A program made the translations under genes and the position numbers. This document shows positions 1 through 6,779 of a DNA stretch of 64,000 nucleotides, piece after piece. The stretch spans positions 1,037 through 65,036 of the forward strand of contig DATNPT010000475.1 in NCBI GenBank assembly GCA_036703075.1, read 5' to 3'. The notes under the pieces were generated by a model. The model saw only the letters and a list, made by a program, of their open reading frames with translations. It searched no databases and was not told where the DNA came from. The stretch comes from Chroococcales cyanobacterium. GTDB taxonomy: Bacteria > Cyanobacteriota > Cyanobacteriia > Cyanobacteriales > Coleofasciculaceae. Positions within the stretch are counted from its first letter, which is position 1; every line of letters begins with the position of its first letter.

Positions 1-798
1 AAACGTTACGAAGGTGAAGAATCCCCCCTCTACTCCTGCCAGCACGCCAATCGGCACGCCCACTCGCACGAGTTCCCCAAATCCTTTGCCTGCAAACCGA
101 TGCAGATGAGAAAAGGGACGATAAATCCGAAGCTGAGGCTGAGTGAGAATATAGATTGCCAAAGCTGCAAACATTCCCCACAGCGATAGCGCGCTCGCCC
201 AACCAAGTCCCGCTAATCCTAATGCTGGCAACCCGAACTTGCCGAATGCTAGGACATAGTTGGCCAAAACGTTGAACGCCGTACCGCAAACCACAACTAT
301 AATTACAGGACGAGGTTGCGAGAGAGCGGAGACAAAACTTCTCAATACCGCAAAGCCCAATCCAGGCAGATAGCCCCATGCGATCGCGTTTAAATACGTC
401 TGAGCCAAGGCAACGTTTTCAGGCGCTTGCCCCAGTAACCGCATCAACGTTCCGCTATGCCAAATCAGCACTATCACTGGAATTGCCAAGATAACGGATA
501 GCCACAAGCCTTGTCGTACTACTCGACCAACCGGCTCGATTTGTCCAGCGCCATAGGCTTCTGCGGCAAGTGGACTGACGGCGGAGAGAATTGCACAGCC
601 AATATTAAGCAGTAAATAAAACGTAGCGGCTCCCAGTGCCCCTGCCGCAATAATCTGGCTTCCTAGAAGACCCATCATTACTGTATCGACAAAGGTGGTT
701 CCCGCTTGAGATAACTGCGCTCCCGCTAGCGGAACGGCTAACAGTAAGCACTCTTTAATTTCAGCAATGACCCTGGATTTCGATCGTGCGTCAGTCAT
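1..798 (-). CDS. MATE family efflux transporter (5' part only; the 3' end lies beyond the window start)
   Basis: I translated the reverse strand from the ATG at 798-796. It reads MTDARSKSRVIAEIKECLLLAVPLAGAQLSQAGTTFVDTVMMGLLGSQIIAAGALG... and stays open to position 1. The product is hydrophobic and polytopic with a typical MATE N-terminal block (LAxP..Q..Q....VDT.M.G.LG). It is absent from the ORF track because no stop lies inside the window. Confidence 0.8.
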   Translation of the reverse strand, partial: MTDARSKSRVIAEIKECLLLAVPLAGAQLSQAGTTFVDTVMMGLLGSQIIAAGALGAATFYLLLNIGCAILSAVSPLAAEAYGAGQIEPVGRVVRQGLWLSVILAIPVIVLIWHSGTLMRLLGQAPENVALAQTYLNAIAWGYLPGLGFAVLRSFVSALSQPRPVIIVVVCGTAFNVLANYVLAFGKFGLPALGLAGLGWASALSLWGMFAALAIYILTQPQLRIYRPFSHLHRFAGKGFGELVRVGVPIGVLAGVEGGFFTFVTF

Positions 799-911
799 GT
801 TCCCGTTGGAAAAGTCTACTGCTTCACCCACAAGGGTTTTACTAGCGTTAATTGTGGAAGGCAGAAAAAGAAAAACCCTAATGAACTAAGCCTATGATGT
901 GTGAAGTTCAA

Positions 912-1364
912 TTAGGGAACGGGATACTGGTCGAATTTTTGCATCAACTCAAGTAATTCCTCTCGGCTAAGTTGTCGCCCGTTCTTAGTCAGCTCGGCTA
1001 ACCCCTCGAAATACTGCTCCCGCGAATCGGCAGGACAGAACATAATTAACAGCTTCGCTGGCGTTTGTCCAGGATTGGAGAAGCCGTGGATTGTGTTCTC
1101 CGGCACGAGCATGAAGGCTCCTGGTGCAGCAGTCACTCGTTGTTCGCCCAGTACCAGTTCGACTTCACCTTCTACGACATAGAACATTTCGGTCAGTTGC
1201 TTGTGGATGTGAGGACTTGCTCCCTCTGTTCCTGGCTCCATGACAAACTCAAACAGCCCAAAGTGACCGTGAGTATCTTTGCCCGTGACTTTGAAGGTGC
1301 AGGTACTCGTGCGAATCTGAACGGATGGCCCTTCTCCAGGTTGCAAGACAAGGGGTAACGACAT
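912..1364 (-). CDS. cupin domain protein
   Basis: 150-aa ORF with cupin beta-barrel motifs (ASPHIHKQLTEMFYVVEGE; GAFMLVPENTIHGFSN). It has the same layout as the ORF at 58938..59408. Confidence 0.75.
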   Translation of the reverse strand: MSLPLVLQPGEGPSVQIRTSTCTFKVTGKDTHGHFGLFEFVMEPGTEGASPHIHKQLTEMFYVVEGEVELVLGEQRVTAAPGAFMLVPENTIHGFSNPGQTPAKLLIMFCPADSREQYFEGLAELTKNGRQLSREELLELMQKFDQYPVP

Positions 1365-1459
1365 TTATACCTCCTAATGATTAAAAATTGGATGAGTCAC
1401 TTAACCTTACAGAATTCATGCATTAAATTGCTCTAACCATTGCTGGAGCTTTTCGAGCA

Positions 1460-2119
1460 GTGAGCAGTGACTACATGGCTGATGCCATGATGGTGACGTT
1501 TGGGGCAGCCTTACCCTTAGCCGATCATGCTTGGATGGCACTATTAACGGCGATTGAAATGCGCTATCAGCTCAAACAATTTAATGCTCGCCGCGTTGCC
1601 ACTCGTCAGCCAGTCATTAACATTGGTATTGGGATTAATTCTGATACGGTGATTACAGGTTATGTGGGGTCTAGCCGATTTGGGCAATTTACGGCATTAG
1701 GACAAGGTGTAAATTTGGCTGCTCGCTTAGAAGAGGCAACGAAGCGATATGGTAGTGATATTGTCATTAGCGAAAATACGCTTCGACCTTGTCGCGATCG
1801 CGTTTGGGTACGCGAACTCGATAAAATTATTTTGAGTGGCAAATATCCACCTGTATTGATATATGAGTTGGTAGGGCTAAAATCGGAGCCAATTTCCGAG
1901 CAGAAACAGGATGCGATCGCACTTTATGAAAAAGGACGCGAATATTATCTAGCACGAAATTTCCGTAAAGCGTGGAATGAGTTTGCCACTATTGTGGAAG
2001 AAATTGATGCCGACGATAAAGCCGCCAAGTTGCAGATGGAACGAAGTCAGCATTATATAGACAACCCTCCACCCGAAGACTGGAATGGAGTCTGGACACC
2101 TACCAACAGTGTTCACTAA
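1460..2119 (+). CDS. class III adenylate/guanylate cyclase catalytic-domain protein, apparently 5'-truncated
   Basis: The ORF begins inside the cyclase homology domain (DYMADAMMVTFGAALP resembles the GDxxMxxFGAP block; also GIGINSDTVITGYVGS and GQGVNLAARLEE). The upstream metal-binding block is missing. An in-frame stop lies at 1424-1426, and only 95 bp separate the ORF from the divergent cupin gene. Confidence 0.6.
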   Translation: MSSDYMADAMMVTFGAALPLADHAWMALLTAIEMRYQLKQFNARRVATRQPVINIGIGINSDTVITGYVGSSRFGQFTALGQGVNLAARLEEATKRYGSDIVISENTLRPCRDRVWVRELDKIILSGKYPPVLIYELVGLKSEPISEQKQDAIALYEKGREYYLARNFRKAWNEFATIVEEIDADDKAAKLQMERSQHYIDNPPPEDWNGVWTPTNSVH

Positions 2120-2220
2120 ACAGCGATCGATAACCAGCATGTAGGGTGAGCATTGCCGAATAGAACTTGAAAACTTGATTCGATTGTTGGTCGGTAATAC
2201 CCCCCAAGGATGTAATTAAG

Positions 2221-2252
2221 CTGCATCAGGGCGCACAGCCGTGCGTTCCTAC
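2221..2252 (-). repeat. dispersed 32-nt repeat copy (GTAGG..CACGGCTGTGCGCCCTGATGCAG)
   Basis: The reverse complement of 2221-2252 is gtaggaacgcacggctgtgcgccctgatgcag. Positions 16846-16877 read gtaggggcacacggctgtgcgccctgatgcag, so 28 of 32 positions are identical. Confidence 0.85.
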
Positions 2253-2354
2253 TCCCCATCCAGCGATAGCCGCTATCGTGACAAAAGGCGCTTAGCGTTA
2301 GAGTCTAAGTAAAGAAGAGTCGCGATCGCACTGACAATTGCGCTGGATTGAATC

Positions 2355-4397
2355 ATGGCTCAGATTTCTCAAACCAATTTCAGACGCCGAATCGCTCTTG
2401 CGTTAGCACTGCCGCTAGTTTTGATGAGCGTATTGGCAGCGCTCTTGATTGGGCAGATTGCTAGCCTGACTTCAGTGATGCAGTGGGTTAACCATAGCGA
2501 TCGCGTCATTGCCCAAGCCAATCTAACAGAGAAATTGTTCGTCGATATGGAAACCGGGTTACGCGGTTACCTCGTTACTGGCAATTCAGAGTTTTTGGAG
2601 CCTTATAAACAAGCCAGTTCGTCAATCGATGCTAACTTTAACCAACTTAATCGTCTAATTTCAGACAACCCCTCCCAGCAACAACGTCTGAAAAAAGTGC
2701 GATCGCTTTACAACCAGTGGTTTGGCTACAGCCAACAGATGATTGCTCGCAGAGCGGGGAGTGGCGATTATCAATCCTATGCCATCAATGCTCAAGGCAA
2801 GCAACTCATGGATACAATCCGGCGCGAGATGGCATCCTTCATTCAAACCGAAGAGTCACTGCGGAATACCCGGATTCGAACAGTTCAAGAAACGACTCGA
2901 GCGGTACTCATTAACCGTATTGGTTCGTTACTGGTGGTGGGAGGGTTTCTTTCCTTCTTCATCCGGAACCAACTCATGGCAGTGGCTAAAAGCTACGGAC
3001 GCGCCCTTGCCGTTGCTCAAGCGCAGACTGAGGCGTTGCGAGAAAGCGAAGCGGCACTGCGCCGTTCTGCCCAACGTTTGGCAAGCTTGCATGAGATCGA
3101 TCGCGATATCCTGTTAGCCGAGTCCTTATCAGACTTGGTGAGTACTGCCCTGTTCAGGATGCGTCAGCTCGTACCTTGTCAACAGGCTTTTGTTGTCTTA
3201 TTTAATTTTGAAACTGGTATGGCTCAAGTCGTAGCGGGTAGCAATCGTGGAGACGGGAACTTGCCCGAGGGTATAGCGATGCCGATCGCAAATTTCCCCT
3301 CTCACGATACATTACCGCAAGAAACCCGTTATATCGAGGATTTGGACGCTCTTGAGCCACGCCCCTCTGTTTTAGATCGTTTGTTTTTGACTGGCAGTCG
3401 TAGTTTCTTTACCGTACCGCTCAAGGTGGAAGAAAAGCTGATTGGCGAACTTGACCTTGTGGATACTCAAATTAGCGCATTTACTGCCGAACACCAAGAA
3501 ATTGCCCAAGAAGTCGCCGCTCAACTTGCGATCGCAATCCAGCAAACTAATCTCCGCGAACAACTCCAACACTACACCACCGAACTAGAGCAGCGGGTAG
3601 CCGAGCGTACCAAGAAACTTGAGGAGAGCAACATCGAGCTAGAAGCCTTTAGCTATTCTGTTTCTCACGATCTGCGTGCGCCTTTACGCACCATCCAGGG
3701 CTTCACTCAAGCCTTGCTGGAGGATTACGGCGACCAATTAAACTCCATCGGGCAAGAGTACGCTCACTACATCATTGATTCTGCCATCCAGATGGACACT
3801 TTAATTTCTGACCTCCTGTCCTACAGCCGACTCAGTCGCGAGGAAATTCGGCTTCAACCGATTGACTTGTCAAAAGCCATTTCAGACGCGTTGAGCCAAC
3901 TCGATGCCCAAATGCAGGAGCGACAGGCTGTGGTTACAGTTGAAGACTCCTTACCTCAAGTGATGGCTCATCGCACAACTTTCGTTCAGGTCTTGACAAA
4001 TTTATTCAGTAATGCAGTTAAATTTGTCGAGCCAGATCTTCAGCCACAGGTACGGATATGGGCAGAGAACGTAGAATGCCCGCGACTTGAGAATCCAGGA
4101 AATGAAGAAAACATCTCCCCGTCTCCCCGTCTCCCCGTCCCTCTGTTTCCTGACTCCCCAAACGAGTGGGTACGTCTATGGGTAGAGGATAACGGGATCG
4201 GCATCGCCCCAGAATATCAAGAACGTATATTCCGTGTCTTTGAGCGTTTACATGGCATCGAAACCTACCCCGGCACGGGTATTGGTTTGGCTATTGTTCG
4301 CAAAGGCATGGAACGGATGGGCGGTCGAGTGGGAGTAGAGTCCCAACCTGGTCGAGGCAGCCGCTTTTGGATCGAGTTACCAGCAGCTAAGAGTTAA
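2355..4397 (+). CDS. CHASE3-GAF sensor histidine kinase
   Basis: 680 aa. It has an N-terminal TM helix, a CHASE3-like periplasmic region (ETGLRGYLVTGNSEFLEPY), a second TM helix and a GAF-like segment. The H-box is FSYSVSHDLRAPLRTIQGF and the HATPase boxes are NLFSNAVKF, EDNGIGI and GTGIGLAIV. Confidence 0.85.
   Translation: MAQISQTNFRRRIALALALPLVLMSVLAALLIGQIASLTSVMQWVNHSDRVIAQANLTEKLFVDMETGLRGYLVTGNSEFLEPYKQASSSIDANFNQLNRLISDNPSQQQRLKKVRSLYNQWFGYSQQMIARRAGSGDYQSYAINAQGKQLMDTIRREMASFIQTEESLRNTRIRTVQETTRAVLINRIGSLLVVGGFLSFFIRNQLMAVAKSYGRALAVAQAQTEALRESEAALRRSAQRLASLHEIDRDILLAESLSDLVSTALFRMRQLVPCQQAFVVLFNFETGMAQVVAGSNRGDGNLPEGIAMPIANFPSHDTLPQETRYIEDLDALEPRPSVLDRLFLTGSRSFFTVPLKVEEKLIGELDLVDTQISAFTAEHQEIAQEVAAQLAIAIQQTNLREQLQHYTTELEQRVAERTKKLEESNIELEAFSYSVSHDLRAPLRTIQGFTQALLEDYGDQLNSIGQEYAHYIIDSAIQMDTLISDLLSYSRLSREEIRLQPIDLSKAISDALSQLDAQMQERQAVVTVEDSLPQVMAHRTTFVQVLTNLFSNAVKFVEPDLQPQVRIWAENVECPRLENPGNEENISPSPRLPVPLFPDSPNEWVRLWVEDNGIGIAPEYQERIFRVFERLHGIETYPGTGIGLAIVRKGMERMGGRVGVESQPGRGSRFWIELPAAKS
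4113..4143. repeat. tandem octamer (tctccccg x3) inside the CHASE3 kinase coding sequence
   Basis: Direct reading gives atctccccgtctccccgtctccccgtccctc. Confidence 0.85.
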
Positions 4398-4753
4398 GCT
4401 GAATGGCACTGACTTAACCATGAATCAACCTTTGCGCGGGGGGTTTGGGGAGACCCCCAAGTCCGGGTTTTTTCTAAAACCTGCAACTTTCGCCTTAAGT
4501 CAGTGACATTCGAGTTAAGCTGCTGTGCATCTAAACTGCATAATCTACATTCAGGTTTTGGAGTCCGTTGTCAGTAGTCAGTCTGTAGAGGTGGGGGATT
4601 AAAAGCTCCCAGCAAAAGTGAACTCCTGACCAACTGTTCACTGAACACTGTTGAAAAGTAGTCCTTGCTACGCGATATAAATTTAAGGTCGAACTTTGAC
4701 AGGGCTTGGCAACAACCCCTGATAAAGCTCCACGAGTCCCGCAACGCTAACCG

Positions 4754-6286
4754 ATGAATCAACCTCTTCGTGTTCTCGTGATTGATGATAATCCAGGCGA
4801 TCGCATCTTAGCCATTCGAGAGTTGAGTCGAGAATTCTCTAACTTTCAAGTAGAGGAAATTTTGGATGCGAAAGGCTTTGCTCAAGCAGTAGAACAAGGT
4901 AACTTCGACCTAGTAATCACAGATTACCAACTGCGCTGGACCAATGGTATCCAAGTTCTACGTGCCATTAAGGAACGCTATCCTTACCGTCCTGTCATCA
5001 TGTTTACGGGTACCGGCAGCGAAGAAATTGCTGTAGAGGCGATGCAGTCCGGACTCGATGATTATGTGCTTAAGTCACCGAATCGCTACTTTCGCTTGCC
5101 TACTGCTGTGCGAGTCGCCTTAGAACGCACCCAAGCGGAACGACGAGCCGCTCTATTAGAAATTCGTCTTCAGTCTTTACTCAATCAGTTGGATATTGGT
5201 ATTTTTCGCTCGACTACAGATGGACAACTTCTAGAAAGCAACCCAGCATTTCTCCGCTTGCTGGGAGTAAATTCATTGCCGGAAGCCCAATCCATGGATT
5301 TATTGAACCTGCCAGAGCTTGGGGCGCAATACCAAGGTACACTCTCATTCCAACCCCAAGAACGTGAAGTACAACTACATCGTGCTGATGGCACTTCGAT
5401 TTGGACTTCGTTGAATATTACCCTTAATCAGGTTGATGACGAAACCGTTGTTGATGGTTTGCTCGAAGATATCACTGCTCGCAAACAAGCCCAAGCAGAA
5501 ATTCGGCAACTCAACGAGACGCTCGAACAACGAGTTAGGGAGCGCACTCATGAGCTAGAAGTAGCGAATCAGGACTTGGAAGCCTTTGCTTATTCCGTTT
5601 CTCATGACTTGCGAGAACCCTTACGTTCTATTCAAGGGTTAGCCCAAGCGTTGCTAGAGGACTATGCCCAAGCCTTAAACTCAGTGGGTCAAAGCTATAG
5701 CCAAGCTATCGTTAATGTTAGTCAGCAGATGGACAACTTCATCGAAGATCTGCTGATTTACAGCCGCCTCAGGCGTGAGGAAATACCGATTCAGCCAACT
5801 AACTTGGGAGCGGTAGTGACAGAAGCACTACAGCAACTAGAATCAGCACTTCAAGAACAGCAGGCTCAACTCCTGATTGAAGAACCTTTACCTGAAGTAA
5901 TGGGAAATCGACTCATCTTAATTCAGGTTCTTAAGAATCTCCTGTCCAATGGTGTTAAATTTGTAGCTCCAGGACAGCAACCCGAAGTTCGGGTGTGGGC
6001 AGAGGAGATGGGGAGACGGAGGGACGGGGAGACAGGGAGACGGGGAGAATGTCAGATCCGGCTGTGGGTGGAAGACAAGGGAATTGGTATCGATGTACAA
6101 AATCAGAAACGGATTTTCTATGTGTTTGAGCGCTTGCATGGTAGTGAGATTTACCCCGGTACGGGTATTGGTCTGGCTATTGTTCGCAAAGGTGTAGAAC
6201 GCATGGGCGGTCAAGCGGGAGTAGAGTCTCAGCTTGGTCAAGGAAGTCGGTTTTGGATAGAGTTACCCAAAGTCCCAGAAATATAA
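4754..6286 (+). CDS. receiver-PAS-histidine kinase hybrid
   Basis: 510 aa. It has an N-terminal receiver (VLVIDDNPGDR..DLVITDYQL..MFTG), a PAS region, the H-box FAYSVSHDLREPLRSIQG and an HATPase core (NLLSNGVKF, EDKGIGI, GTGIGLAIV). Confidence 0.85.
   Translation: MNQPLRVLVIDDNPGDRILAIRELSREFSNFQVEEILDAKGFAQAVEQGNFDLVITDYQLRWTNGIQVLRAIKERYPYRPVIMFTGTGSEEIAVEAMQSGLDDYVLKSPNRYFRLPTAVRVALERTQAERRAALLEIRLQSLLNQLDIGIFRSTTDGQLLESNPAFLRLLGVNSLPEAQSMDLLNLPELGAQYQGTLSFQPQEREVQLHRADGTSIWTSLNITLNQVDDETVVDGLLEDITARKQAQAEIRQLNETLEQRVRERTHELEVANQDLEAFAYSVSHDLREPLRSIQGLAQALLEDYAQALNSVGQSYSQAIVNVSQQMDNFIEDLLIYSRLRREEIPIQPTNLGAVVTEALQQLESALQEQQAQLLIEEPLPEVMGNRLILIQVLKNLLSNGVKFVAPGQQPEVRVWAEEMGRRRDGETGRRGECQIRLWVEDKGIGIDVQNQKRIFYVFERLHGSEIYPGTGIGLAIVRKGVERMGGQAGVESQLGQGSRFWIELPKVPEI
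6009..6048. repeat. tandem degenerate octamer (ggggagac-type x5) inside the REC-PAS kinase coding sequence
   Basis: Direct reading gives tggggagacggagggacggggagacagggagacggggaga. This is the reverse complement of the motif at 4113-4143. Confidence 0.85.
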
Positions 6287-6290
6287 TTGA

Positions 6291-6743
6291 ATGATGAACC
6301 CGGAGCATGAAACGATTTTGCTAGTGGAGGACAATCCTAAAGATGTTCTTCTCATCCAGCGAGCATTTCGCAAGGCTAATCTGACAAACCCATTGCAAGT
6401 CGTGGGAGACGGAGAAGCTGCCGTGCTTTATTTGTCTGGGGAAGGGTCTTATGAAAATCGCGATCGCTATCCCCTACCCAGCCTCATGCTGCTAGACCTG
6501 AAATTACCCCGCAAATCAGGTTCTGAGGTACTAGAATGGCTAAGACAACAGCCCCGACTCAAACGCTTGCCTGTTGTGGTTCTAACGTCGTCCAGGGAGT
6601 ACGCTGACGTTAATAAAGTCTACGATCTTGGCGCTAACGCCTACATGGTCAAACCTGTAACGTTCGATAGGTTAGTAGAGATTGTGAAGACACTGAACCT
6701 GCACTGGATTGTTTTCAATGAGAAGCCGCAAGTCGGTGTTTGA
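6291..6743 (+). CDS. single-domain response regulator (CheY/Rcp1-like)
   Basis: 150 aa, receiver domain only (ILLVEDNPKDV..LLDLKLPRKSG..VVVLTSS..GANAYMVKP). It starts 4 bp after the upstream kinase stop. Confidence 0.85.
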   Translation: MMNPEHETILLVEDNPKDVLLIQRAFRKANLTNPLQVVGDGEAAVLYLSGEGSYENRDRYPLPSLMLLDLKLPRKSGSEVLEWLRQQPRLKRLPVVVLTSSREYADVNKVYDLGANAYMVKPVTFDRLVEIVKTLNLHWIVFNEKPQVGV

Positions 6744-6779
6744 TCGAGACCTCCCACTCCCCACCACTGCATTCAACTG

